Assembly: GCA_963677925.2 (NCBI GenBank) | Contig: CAXXYH010000003.1 | Coordinates: forward strand, 1,792,001 to 1,856,000 | Length of the DNA: 64,000 bases | DNA from: Spirochaetia bacterium | GTDB taxonomy: Bacteria; Spirochaetota; Spirochaetia; UBA9216 | Reading direction: 5' to 3' | Shown: positions 35,831 to 45,296 of the stretch, one piece after another | Layout of the letters: each line of letters begins with the position of its first letter | How positions within the stretch are numbered: the first letter of the stretch is position 1 | Notes under the pieces: generated by a model | What the model was told of the DNA's origin: nothing | The model's input: the letters and a program-made list of their open reading frames with translations, nothing else | The model's database searches: none | Position numbers and translations under genes: made by a program

Positions 35831-37684
35831 ATGGATTTATTAAAAGATCTGAAAAACCTCCTTGAAGATCTCACAGAACCTGCATGTTTTCTGTCTGCGG
35901 AGTTCAGATATATATGGGCTAATACCAGGTATATAACCCATTCCGGTCATAAAACTGAGGATCTGGATGGTAAAAATCTTTGTGAAGTAATTCCGGCCGA
36001 TTACGCACCGATTCTAATTGAAAAACTTAAAGCCCTGACCACGGAAAATCCTTATTTCGATAATGAATATCCTGAAATTATGATGAACGGTCAGATCATC
36101 AACAGGAGCTGGAGAAACAGGGCAATATTTGACAATAACGGAAAGGTCCTCGCCTACTGCTGTATTGTACAAACTTCAAGCCCGGGAGAAAAGGCTGTAG
36201 TTAACCTGCGTGACAATGATCTAATCCTGAATTCAGTGCTGAAATCTGCAGTTTTCGGATTGATGATCGCTGAAAAAGATAAAATACTTTTTATTAATGA
36301 TGTCTTTGAGCAGATGCTAGAACTATCAGAAAATAAACCTGACCGTGAACGATACAGTTTTGCTGAACTGCTTAACTCATTTTTCAACACTGAATCGCCT
36401 GTAATAAACTCACTCACTGAATACTCGGGAAGTATAAAATTCGAAAAAGAAATAGCAGCCAAAGGAAAAAAAAGATGGGTGTCCGTGATCACCAAGATCC
36501 AGGAATATAATAACAGGATTTTCACAATGATGGTCAGTGAGGATATAACTGTAAAAAAACTCTATGAACTGGAACTTAAAAGAAACAGGGAGAACCTGGC
36601 CCATATAAACAGAATAGCAAAACTGGGATACTGGGAGAAGGATTTCAGCAGGGACCGCTGGTTCTGGTCTGAAGACACCTACCGTATTTTCGATGTCAAA
36701 TATCCTGACGAGGTTACTGAAGATATCATTAAAAATAAATTCCACCCCGATGACTACAAAAAAAGACTCCGGAATATTGAAACATGCATAAACTCGACCA
36801 GCGACTGCAGCTATGAATATGAATACAGAATATTTACTGGAAACGGTAAAATCAGGTGGATTACAGGACAATCATTCTTCAAGACCAATTCGTCAGAAAA
36901 GAAATCCAAATTCTTCGGCTGGGTACAGGATCAAACAGATCGAAAGCAAAATGAGGAAGCCTTAAAGGAAGCTCTGGTAAAAGCTGAAGAATCCGAAAGA
37001 CTAAAAACTGCCTTCCTGGCGAATATCAGTCATGAAATAAGAACGCCTCTGAATGCTATTCTTGGTTTCTCTGACCTTATTTCAAAGACAAGTGACCCCG
37101 ATTTACAGAAAACCTATTCGGGAATAATCAGGAGCAGCGGAAACCTCCTGCTGACCCTGGTCAACGATATGATTGATTTTGCAAAAATTGAAGCAGGGTC
37201 TTTTGAACTGTTTATTTCCGATGTTTACCTTGAAGATCTTTTTCATGAACTCAGAGACATGTTCATGAACCAGAGCGGCGGCGCTGTCAGGCTGCAGATA
37301 GCCGAAGCTCCTGATACAAAGGGACTCCTTCTTACTGACAGAGACAGGCTGACGCAAATCCTTGTAAACCTGATAAATAACGCATTCAAGTACACTGAAA
37401 AAGGCATTATCAGCATCGAAGCTGAGATTAATCATTCTGCAGCAACAGTGGTTATCAGTGTGAGCGACACAGGAATTGGTATAAACCCCTCAGATCTCGA
37501 GCATATTTTTGATCGCTTCTATCAGATTAACAGCTTCAGCCAGGGTACGGGTCTGGGACTCCCCATTTCAAGAGCAATAGCGGCTCAGCTTGGAGGTTCG
37601 CTTACAGTAGAGTCTCAACCTGCGCAGGGATCGAAATTCATGCTCTGCCTGCCCTTTGTCACACCCTCGGAATTAATGTCTTAG
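35831..37684 (+). CDS. Cytoplasmic multi-PAS sensor histidine kinase
   Basis: No TM; PAS-like segments (WANTRY; LGYWE..WSEDTYRIF..HPDD..EYRI); FLANISHEIRTPLN, NLINNAFKYT, DTGIGI, GTGLGL. Confidence 0.9.
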   Translation: MDLLKDLKNLLEDLTEPACFLSAEFRYIWANTRYITHSGHKTEDLDGKNLCEVIPADYAPILIEKLKALTTENPYFDNEYPEIMMNGQIINRSWRNRAIFDNNGKVLAYCCIVQTSSPGEKAVVNLRDNDLILNSVLKSAVFGLMIAEKDKILFINDVFEQMLELSENKPDRERYSFAELLNSFFNTESPVINSLTEYSGSIKFEKEIAAKGKKRWVSVITKIQEYNNRIFTMMVSEDITVKKLYELELKRNRENLAHINRIAKLGYWEKDFSRDRWFWSEDTYRIFDVKYPDEVTEDIIKNKFHPDDYKKRLRNIETCINSTSDCSYEYEYRIFTGNGKIRWITGQSFFKTNSSEKKSKFFGWVQDQTDRKQNEEALKEALVKAEESERLKTAFLANISHEIRTPLNAILGFSDLISKTSDPDLQKTYSGIIRSSGNLLLTLVNDMIDFAKIEAGSFELFISDVYLEDLFHELRDMFMNQSGGAVRLQIAEAPDTKGLLLTDRDRLTQILVNLINNAFKYTEKGIISIEAEINHSAATVVISVSDTGIGINPSDLEHIFDRFYQINSFSQGTGLGLPISRAIAAQLGGSLTVESQPAQGSKFMLCLPFVTPSELMS

Positions 37685-37687
37685 AAT

Positions 37688-37718
37688 AAAAAAAGGCTGC
37701 ATCCCGAAGGATACAGCC
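37688..37718 (-). terminator. Terminator of the hydrogenase operon
   Basis: A7-GGCTGCATCC-cgaa-GGATACAGCC. Confidence 0.8.
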
Positions 37719-37748
37719 GTAATTGTACTACTCAAAACGTCAAACTGT

Positions 37749-39500
37749 TCAGTTCTTGTAAAGAGGTCTAGGTGTGTAATGAGTATGAAGAAGGTGGTGA
37801 GACTTCTCGGAAAGAGGAGCACCAAGATATTCTTCATAGATCTTTGCAATATCAGGGTTCTGGTGTGAACATCTGATAGTACTCTTTTCATCATCATTAT
37901 AAAGACCGGCAATTCGCTTCTCACGGATATCGTCTTCAGTACCGTAGGGCTGTCCGCCTCCGGCGATACATCCGCCGCGGCATGCCATTACTTCAATGAA
38001 GTGGTAGGGAAGTTCATCACCCTTTTCCTTGGCAGCTCTAATCTCGTCAAGGACGGCCTTAACATTTGCCATGCCATGAGCTACCGCAACCTTAACCTTG
38101 GTGCCCTTGATATCAACAACACCGGCTTTAACTCCGTCCATACCTCGGACAGCAGTAATATTTACATCAGCAAGCTCTTCCTTGGTTACAAGGTAGTAGG
38201 CTGAGCGCACTGCGGCTTCCATAACACCGCCGGTTACACCGAAGATTGTTCCTGCACCTGTGTATGCGCCGATAGGACTGTCAGCCTCTTCCTCAGGAAG
38301 GTTGGCAAAGTCGATACCTGCAGTTTTTATGCATCTTGCAAGCTCTCTTGTTGTAAGAACGAGATCCACATCATCATAGCCTGATGACTGCATGTTCTCA
38401 TCTCTGACTCTTTCAAACTTCTTGGCTGTACATGGCATTATTGAAACAGAGTAAATCTTTGAAGGATCAATCCCCTTCTTCTCTGCATAATATGTCTTGG
38501 TTATTGCTCCCTGCATCATCTGCGGAGATTTTGCAGTTGAGAAATGCGGAATCATATCCGGATAGTATTTTTCCATGTAATCTGTCCATGCGGGACAGCA
38601 GGAAGTAAGCTGCGGCAGCTCACCCTTTCCGTTTACAAGCCTTTCAACAAGCTCGGACCCCTCTTCCATGATGGTGAGGTCGGCGGAAAAGTTAGTATCA
38701 AATACAGCATCAACACCAAGCATTCTAAGTGCAGCATAAATTTTTCCAGTTACAATTTCACCGGGTTTCATGCCGAATGCTTCACCGATTGCAACCCTGA
38801 CTGCAGGTGCCATCTGAACAGCTACATGCTTCTCGGGATCCTTGATAGCAGCTTTCATCAGGTCGGTATCATCTTTTTCATAGATTGCGCCGACAGGACA
38901 GTGTGCTGAACACTGACCGCACTTGATACAGGGGCTTTCATTAAGAACTACACCTGCTGAAGGCATAAGTCTTGTATTCTCACCTCTGTTAAGGAATTCA
39001 AGTGCCCATACATCCTGCAGCTGCTGACAGACCTGTGCACAGCGGCCGCACTGGATACATTTTGAAGGATCAAGAATGATTGAAGGTGTTGATTCATCCT
39101 TCGGGAGTCTTTTAACATTGCGGTCAAAAGGGATTTCCCTGATGGCGTATTCAGCAGCAAGCCTCTGAAGCTCACAGGTCTGGTTACGTCCGCAGGTAAG
39201 ACATTCCTGGGGATGATCCGCAAGAGTCATTTCAATAACGGTTTTTCTTATTGAATGTATTTCAGGATCGTTGGTGATATAATTCTGTCCCTCACTTACA
39301 AGTGTTGAACAGGCTCTGACCATTCTGGGGTTGCCCTCAATCTTGACAACACAGATTCCGCATGCAGCCCAGGGGGTCAGATCAGAATGATAACAGAGTG
39401 TCGGAATCTTAACACCGGCCATCTTTGCGGCTTTGAGTATTGATGTTCCAACCGGAACACTCTGTTCTCTGCCGTTAACCTTTATATTTACAGTACTCAC
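37749..39500 (-). CDS. hydA: [FeFe]-hydrogenase catalytic subunit (group A, bifurcating type)
   Basis: H-cluster motifs TSCCPAW, MPCTAKKFE, EVMACRGGCIAGGGQP; N-terminal 2Fe-2S, His-ligated 4Fe-4S and 2x4Fe-4S. Confidence 0.96.
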   Translation of the reverse strand: MSTVNIKVNGREQSVPVGTSILKAAKMAGVKIPTLCYHSDLTPWAACGICVVKIEGNPRMVRACSTLVSEGQNYITNDPEIHSIRKTVIEMTLADHPQECLTCGRNQTCELQRLAAEYAIREIPFDRNVKRLPKDESTPSIILDPSKCIQCGRCAQVCQQLQDVWALEFLNRGENTRLMPSAGVVLNESPCIKCGQCSAHCPVGAIYEKDDTDLMKAAIKDPEKHVAVQMAPAVRVAIGEAFGMKPGEIVTGKIYAALRMLGVDAVFDTNFSADLTIMEEGSELVERLVNGKGELPQLTSCCPAWTDYMEKYYPDMIPHFSTAKSPQMMQGAITKTYYAEKKGIDPSKIYSVSIMPCTAKKFERVRDENMQSSGYDDVDLVLTTRELARCIKTAGIDFANLPEEEADSPIGAYTGAGTIFGVTGGVMEAAVRSAYYLVTKEELADVNITAVRGMDGVKAGVVDIKGTKVKVAVAHGMANVKAVLDEIRAAKEKGDELPYHFIEVMACRGGCIAGGGQPYGTEDDIREKRIAGLYNDDEKSTIRCSHQNPDIAKIYEEYLGAPLSEKSHHLLHTHYTPRPLYKN

Positions 39501-39515
39501 TGTTATTCTCCTTTA

Positions 39516-41309
39516 TTAGCTCTTTGATATTGCACCGAATTTACAGCTGGTAAAACATTCACCGCACTTCACACACTGACTCTGGTCAATAACGTGAGCC
39601 TGCTTTCTTTCACCGCTGATACAGTTAACCGGACACTTTCTGGCACATACCGTACAGCCGATACATTTGTCTGCATCAATCTCAAACTTTACAAGATCCT
39701 TACATTTACCGGGCTTACAGACCTTTCCGTCTACATGCTCAAGGTATTCATTCTTAAAGTATTTAAGAGTTGAAAGTATCGGGTTCGGAGCTGTCTGACC
39801 AAGACCGCAGAGCGCAGCCTTTTTCATTGCTGTTCCGATTGTTTCAAGGTTTTCAAGGTCCTTATGAGTTCCCTTACCCTTGCTTATCTTGTCTAGAATA
39901 TCATAGAGCTTTCTGGTTCCGATTCGGCATGGAGCACATTTACCGCAGGACTCTTCAACACAGAAATCCTGATAAAATTTGGCTACGTTGATAATACAGT
40001 CGTCTTCATCCATTACGATCATTCCGCCTGAACCCATCATTGAGCCGATGGCTGTCAGCTGATCAAAGTCGATAGGAGTATCAAGGAATTCAGAAGTAAT
40101 AACACCGCCGGAAGGTCCGCCTGTCTGCACGGCCTTGAATGCCTTACCGTCCCTGATTCCTCCGCCGATATCAAAAACGATTTCACGGAGAGTTGTACCC
40201 ATAGGAACTTCAACCAGACCGGAGTTATTAATCTTGCCTGTGAGGGCAAAAACCTTTGTTCCGGGAGATCTTTCCGTACCGATAGATTTGAACCACTCAC
40301 CGCCTTTAAGGATAATCATGGGAATATTTGCCCAGGTTTCAACATTGTTGATTACAGTCGGCTTTGCCCAAAGTCCTTCAACAGCAGGAAAAGGCGGTTT
40401 CGGAGTAGGCATACCCCTGTTTCCTTCAATAGATCTTAGTAGAGCAGTCTCTTCACCGCAGACAAATGCACCGGCACCGAGTCTGATTTCAAAATCAAAG
40501 TTGAAACCGCTGCCGAGAATATCATTTCCGAAGAGTCCGTATTCTCTGGCCTGTTCAATTGCAATTTCAAGACGTTTAATAGCAAGCGGGTATTCCGCTC
40601 TAATGTATATAACTCCTTTTTCAGCGCCTACAGCGTAACCGGCAATGGCCATAGCCTCAAGAACTGAATGCGGATCGCCTTCAAGAGTACTTCTGTCCAT
40701 ATATGCACCGGGGTCGCCCTCGTCTGCATTACATACAATGTATTTCACATCGTTTTCAACGTCTTTTGTGAATTTCCACTTCATCCATGTCGGAAAGCCG
40801 GCTCCGCCGCGTCCTCTAAGTCCGGAAATTTTAAGCTGCTCTATAACTTCATCCTGAGACATTTCAAAAAGAACTTTTTCGAGCGCTGAATAACCTTCTC
40901 TGGCTATGTACTCATCGATCTTTTCCGGATCAATGAATCCGCAGTTTCTAAGGACTATTCTGACCTGCTTCTGGTAGAATTTAATTTTTTCAATATCAAA
41001 CTCGTCTTTTGAGCCGTTTTCATCATCAACATAGAGAAGTCTTTTAACCATTCGGCCTTTTACGATTGACTCTGCGATAATTTCCTTAGCGTCTTCAGGA
41101 ACAACTTCTACATAAAAAGATTCTTCCGGAAGTATTTTTACGATTGGTCCCTTTTCACAGAAACCGAAACATCCTGTTTTTACAATCTGAACATCATCTG
41201 CAACACCCTGGGCTTCAGCCTCACTTTTCAGGGCATTGAAGATTTCGTTTGCTTTGCTTGATTCGCATGCTGTACCGCCGCAAACAAGTATATAATTCTT
41301 AACTGCCAT
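39516..41309 (-). CDS. hydB: NuoF-like diaphorase subunit of bifurcating hydrogenase
   Basis: GLRGRGGAGFP, CNADEGDPGA, GAGAFVCGEETAL, ESCGKCAPCRIG, CGLGQ; C-terminal 2x4Fe-4S. Confidence 0.95.
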   Translation of the reverse strand: MAVKNYILVCGGTACESSKANEIFNALKSEAEAQGVADDVQIVKTGCFGFCEKGPIVKILPEESFYVEVVPEDAKEIIAESIVKGRMVKRLLYVDDENGSKDEFDIEKIKFYQKQVRIVLRNCGFIDPEKIDEYIAREGYSALEKVLFEMSQDEVIEQLKISGLRGRGGAGFPTWMKWKFTKDVENDVKYIVCNADEGDPGAYMDRSTLEGDPHSVLEAMAIAGYAVGAEKGVIYIRAEYPLAIKRLEIAIEQAREYGLFGNDILGSGFNFDFEIRLGAGAFVCGEETALLRSIEGNRGMPTPKPPFPAVEGLWAKPTVINNVETWANIPMIILKGGEWFKSIGTERSPGTKVFALTGKINNSGLVEVPMGTTLREIVFDIGGGIRDGKAFKAVQTGGPSGGVITSEFLDTPIDFDQLTAIGSMMGSGGMIVMDEDDCIINVAKFYQDFCVEESCGKCAPCRIGTRKLYDILDKISKGKGTHKDLENLETIGTAMKKAALCGLGQTAPNPILSTLKYFKNEYLEHVDGKVCKPGKCKDLVKFEIDADKCIGCTVCARKCPVNCISGERKQAHVIDQSQCVKCGECFTSCKFGAISKS

Positions 41310-41320
41310 CCTCTCCTCCG

Positions 41321-41713
41321 TTATTCCCTGACAATATCGGCTGCGGGCTTGTCAAAAATATGGTTGTCGACAAGCTTGCCCGCTAAAATATGTTCTTTAA
41401 CTATCCGGCGGGCTGTATCCCCGTCAACCTGTCCATAGATTGTATCCGGCATTCCCGGAGCCTTGATTTCAACTGTAGGTTCTACATAGCAGAGGCCCAT
41501 ACAGCCGGTCTGTTTTACAGTTACATTCTTGACTCCGCTTTTCTCTATTTCATCAAGGAAGGCATCGAGAGCTTCTTTGGCGCCGGCGGCGATTCCGCAT
41601 GTACCCATCCCGATGATGATATGAATATCTTTTCCTTCTGTATCTCTCTTATCAATTTCAGCTTTTTTGCTGTTCCTGAGATTTCTAAGTTCCTCAAGGG
41701 TCATTTTTGCCAT
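41321..41713 (-). CDS. Thioredoxin-like 2Fe-2S ferredoxin subunit (HydD/HndB-like)
   Basis: GMGTCGIAAGA..TGCMGLCYVEP. Confidence 0.88.
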   Translation of the reverse strand: MAKMTLEELRNLRNSKKAEIDKRDTEGKDIHIIIGMGTCGIAAGAKEALDAFLDEIEKSGVKNVTVKQTGCMGLCYVEPTVEIKAPGMPDTIYGQVDGDTARRIVKEHILAGKLVDNHIFDKPAADIVRE

Positions 41714-41715
41714 AA

Positions 41716-42276
41716 TTAATCTCCCTGTATCAAATCTTCTTCCTGTGACCGCAGAAACTGTCTCGCAAGAATAAGCGAGTCTGCATCATTAAGGTCACCA
41801 AGAACCTCTATTATTTCTGATCGTTTTACGGAATACCCGCGTACTTCACCTTCTATCTCCAGGCTGCGTTCAACCGGCATATCATACAGTCCATCAAACA
41901 TGAATGCCTGCAGAATCATCGCGCTGAGGTCTCCGAGAGGAGGGGTATCGATATTATCAAGCGGAAATGTAAAAACAAGGTCGGTCCCTCTGTTCTTTTC
42001 CGACTTTATCGAAAAATCTCCTCCGGTCTGCTCAACCGTCTGGATCAAAAAAGGAAGTCCTAACCCGACTTTGCGTGATTTGTGTTTTATACCGTCCGTA
42101 TAGAATGGATCGACAGCCTTTTTTAATTCGTCTTCATCCATTCCTCTGCCGTTGTCTTTAATTGAAACCGCGAAGTTCCGGGCGGTCTGGTTTATATCAA
42201 GATAAACCTCGGTAGCCCCTGCTTCTACAGAATTCTGAAGACAATCAAGGATAAAATCACAGACGGCTGCATGCAC
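41716..42276 (-). CDS. Stand-alone HATPase (GHKL) protein within the hydrogenase operon
   Basis: LDCLQNSVEAGA, DNGRGM, DPFYT, VGLGLP; no HisKA domain. Confidence 0.88.
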   Translation of the reverse strand: MHAAVCDFILDCLQNSVEAGATEVYLDINQTARNFAVSIKDNGRGMDEDELKKAVDPFYTDGIKHKSRKVGLGLPFLIQTVEQTGGDFSIKSEKNRGTDLVFTFPLDNIDTPPLGDLSAMILQAFMFDGLYDMPVERSLEIEGEVRGYSVKRSEIIEVLGDLNDADSLILARQFLRSQEEDLIQGD

Positions 42277-42279
42277 TAA

Positions 42280-42768
42280 TCAGCCTCTGGATCGGAATTT
42301 AGCAAGTACTTCCGGGAGCTCGTCTTTAGTTACTTTACCGAAGACCTCTCCGTCAACTATCATTACCGGTGCAAGACCGCAGCAGCCTACGCATCGAACC
42401 GATTCTATAGAAAAAAGACCGTCATCAGTTACTTCATTCACGGCCACACCGAGAAGTGTCTCAAGCTCTTTGATTAAGTCTTCTCCGCCTTTCAGATAAC
42501 ATGCAGTTCCCATGCATACCTGAATATTGTATTTTCCGGGTTTATCAAGTTTAAAGAAATGATAAAAAGTAATTACACCATAAATCTTGGCCAGCGGTGT
42601 ATCGAGCATGTCGGAAACTTTGATTGCGGCTTCTCTTGGAATATAGCCAAATTCTTCCTGCACCTTGTGAAGTACCATAATCAGATTTCCAGGTTTGTTC
42701 TTCCATTCCTCAATAAATGAAACGAGTTCACTGGAGAACTCGATCTGAGGAGCTGTTTCTACAGCCAT
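42280..42768 (-). CDS. hydC: NuoE-like 2Fe-2S subunit
   Basis: LHKVQEEFGY, VCMGTACYLKG, VRCVGCCGLAP. Confidence 0.93.
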   Translation of the reverse strand: MAVETAPQIEFSSELVSFIEEWKNKPGNLIMVLHKVQEEFGYIPREAAIKVSDMLDTPLAKIYGVITFYHFFKLDKPGKYNIQVCMGTACYLKGGEDLIKELETLLGVAVNEVTDDGLFSIESVRCVGCCGLAPVMIVDGEVFGKVTKDELPEVLAKFRSRG

Positions 42769-42968
42769 AGATCCTCCTGTTTGAATTTTTGGGATTTACC
42801 AGGTAAAAATCTGGATCTTATTAAGTAAAATGTCAATACATATAATAAGCAATACATCACCAATCATGCTTCAAAAACATTTTTTTTTGTTTTTTCAATT
42901 GTTTTTTTCTCATAACATGCGTATAATGTTTATATATTGTGAATAGAGACGCATTAAAAGCGACTAAG

Positions 42969-42986
42969 ATACGAAATACTTCACAA
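42969..42986. promoter_or_regulatory. Candidate Rex operator
   Basis: ATACGAA-ATAC-TTCACAA versus consensus TTGTGAA-N4-TTCACAA; a second perfect half-site TTGTGAA at 42937; lies between hydC and rex. Confidence 0.6.
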
Positions 42987-43006
42987 CAAGGAGATTTTTT
43001 AAATTC

Positions 43007-43669
43007 ATGAATAAGGAACTCATCCTCAGACTGTCCAAATATAAGAGACTTCTATACAAACTTAAAGCACTCGGACTTGAACGTGTATTCTCAAACAACC
43101 TTGGAGATGCGATTGCCGTAGCACCATCACTGGTCAGAAAAGACTTCTCGGTACTTAACCTTCCCGGAAACAAACGCGGGGGCTATGATATTGATATGCT
43201 GATTGAAAAACTCGATGTCGTACTCGGACGGGATAAACCTCAGGAGGTCATCGTTGCCGGATGCGGTCGTATCGGTACCGCACTCATGCAGTATGAAGAG
43301 TTCAGAAATGAAGGGATCAAGATAGTAGCAGGTTTTGATATAGCGCCCGAGAATGTTTCGAAAACCTCCGGAGTCCCGATATACCACATGCGTGAGATGA
43401 AGGAGTATGTCCAGAAAAACGGAACCAGGGTAGGTATAATTGCGGTGCCCGACAGTGCAGCGGCTCAGACCCTTGAGACAATGATTGATGCAGGAATAAG
43501 AGGCGTCCTGAACTTCGCAACAATAGAATTACGGACAGGAAAAGGCGGAGAGCTTGCTGATGACAATCTCCAGTGCACGATACACAACATTAATATATGT
43601 CTTGAACTTGAGCATCTTTTCTATCAGGTAAATGTTGCCAACAACCTCCCGGAAATTAACGAATCATAA
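43007..43669 (+). CDS. rex: Redox-sensing transcriptional repressor Rex
   Basis: RLSKYKR..VRKDFS..GGYD; GCGRIG; GFD; IIAVP; GIRGVLNFA. Confidence 0.93.
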   Translation: MNKELILRLSKYKRLLYKLKALGLERVFSNNLGDAIAVAPSLVRKDFSVLNLPGNKRGGYDIDMLIEKLDVVLGRDKPQEVIVAGCGRIGTALMQYEEFRNEGIKIVAGFDIAPENVSKTSGVPIYHMREMKEYVQKNGTRVGIIAVPDSAAAQTLETMIDAGIRGVLNFATIELRTGKGGELADDNLQCTIHNINICLELEHLFYQVNVANNLPEINES

Positions 43670-43676
43670 AGATAAT

Positions 43677-44726
43677 TCACAGCCTTTCCAGTACAGCAAT
43701 AACCGGAAAGTGGTCGGAATACCCCTCTTTCGCTGAATTGATCCAGCGGAGAGGGGTTTTATATTCTGTAAGCATAAAATCCGGCTGATGCACCTTAAAA
43801 GATTTAAACTCCAGGCCCTGCCCGTCAAGAGCTTTTCCGTCAAAAAAGAACTGATCCAGAGCCTCCCAGCTGCCGCGATAACTGTAGCTGCCCGAAGATT
43901 CACAGTCTATCCACGGATTATACATCAGCCCCTCTGCACCGGAAGCAAGTACAGTTTGAGAATCAGCCATCCTTAGATATTGAGATTTTTTTTCATCAGG
44001 GCCTATTTGAAGTGCAACCTCATAAGCCCCGTCTACCCTGATTTGCTCATCCCATGACTCATTAAAGTCTCCTGCAGCAATAATCAGACGCTCCGGTAAA
44101 TCCCCGGTGCTCAGCGTTTCAGCTGCAGACTGTAAATCCACAATTAAAGAAGACAGCCGTCTTGATGCAGCAATACGCTGGGGTTCGGTCTCCTCAGCAC
44201 CTCCGGATCTGGATTTCCAGTGGTTTACAAAAAAATATATTTCAGAAAGGTCATCAGCCTTCAGCCGGATCTCGGCAATGGATCTGCCTGCTGCTGCAGA
44301 ATCGAGATAAACTGTATGTGTTATGATTTCCTCAATTTCAAGCCTGCTCAGAACAGCATTGCTTACAGCTGAACCCTGCGTAGGAAGAAAGGCCGACCAG
44401 ATATATCCGCACTCTTTCAGATACATATCTTTCAGCAGATTAAGCGCATTTTCATTTTCGACTTCCTGCAGGACGACAACCTCGGGCCCTGAAGGCTTAA
44501 CAGACTGAATGACTTCCGCCAGGGCTGCAGCCTTCTGATTATAGCAGTCGGTATCCCAGTCTCCTTCTGAAGGATCGAATTCGCTGTATTCCGTTCCGTC
44601 ACTGATATCATCAAAGAAGTTCTGAACATTCCAGGACATTATAGTTATTTCGGTATCTTCCTGACCGCCGCAGCTGCATGACAGCAGCAGAAGCACCAGG
44701 GCTGATAGAAAGTATATGGTTCTCAT
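43677..44726 (-). CDS. Endonuclease/exonuclease/phosphatase-family lipoprotein
   Basis: LLLSC lipobox; SWNVQNFFD, LQEVEN, NHWKSR, GDFNE, LDQF, GYSDHFP. Confidence 0.9.
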   Translation of the reverse strand: MRTIYFLSALVLLLLSCSCGGQEDTEITIMSWNVQNFFDDISDGTEYSEFDPSEGDWDTDCYNQKAAALAEVIQSVKPSGPEVVVLQEVENENALNLLKDMYLKECGYIWSAFLPTQGSAVSNAVLSRLEIEEIITHTVYLDSAAAGRSIAEIRLKADDLSEIYFFVNHWKSRSGGAEETEPQRIAASRRLSSLIVDLQSAAETLSTGDLPERLIIAAGDFNESWDEQIRVDGAYEVALQIGPDEKKSQYLRMADSQTVLASGAEGLMYNPWIDCESSGSYSYRGSWEALDQFFFDGKALDGQGLEFKSFKVHQPDFMLTEYKTPLRWINSAKEGYSDHFPVIAVLERL

Positions 44727-44793
44727 ACAGTATTTAAACCCGTATTTATCCCTATTGATTGAAATCAGGACTTTAAAATACGAGAATTAAAGT

Positions 44794-45207
44794 ATGAAAA
44801 GCTATAGAAAGGAATTATTTTTCAATACAACCGAACGGTATCAGATAATGAATATCACTTCCGAGGTTGAAGACTGTCTTTCTGATAGCGGAATACAGGA
44901 AGGGCTCTGTCTTGTAAACGCAATGCATATTACAGCCAGCGTTTTTGTCACAGAAGCCGAGGAAGCCCTCCATCAGGATCATCTGGACTGGCTTGAAGGT
45001 CTTGCTCCATACCGAAGAACCGGATATCGCCACAACATCGGACAGGATAACGGGGACGGGCACCTTAAACGTCAGGTTCTGGGACGGGAAACTGTTGTTG
45101 CGGTGACCGGCGGCAAACTTGATCTGGGGACCTGGGAGAATATCTGTTACGGAGAGTTTGACGGCAGAAGAAAAAAGCGGGTGCTTGTTAAAATTATAGG
45201 AGAATGA
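44794..45207 (+). CDS. YjbQ / UPF0047-family protein
   Basis: [31 protein letters not shown]. Confidence 0.92.
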   Translation: MKSYRKELFFNTTERYQIMNITSEVEDCLSDSGIQEGLCLVNAMHITASVFVTEAEEALHQDHLDWLEGLAPYRRTGYRHNIGQDNGDGHLKRQVLGRETVVAVTGGKLDLGTWENICYGEFDGRRKKRVLVKIIGE

Positions 45208-45220
45208 ACGCTTAAGGATC

Positions 45221-45254
45221 AAAAAAGGCTGCCCAAATCGCGGACAGCCTTTTT
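45221..45254. terminator. Bidirectional intrinsic terminator
   Basis: AAAAAAGGCTG..CAGCCTTTTT. Confidence 0.85.
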
Positions 45255-45296
45255 AGTTTGAGCCGTATATATACACGACTTCAGCTTCGTTCTGCT

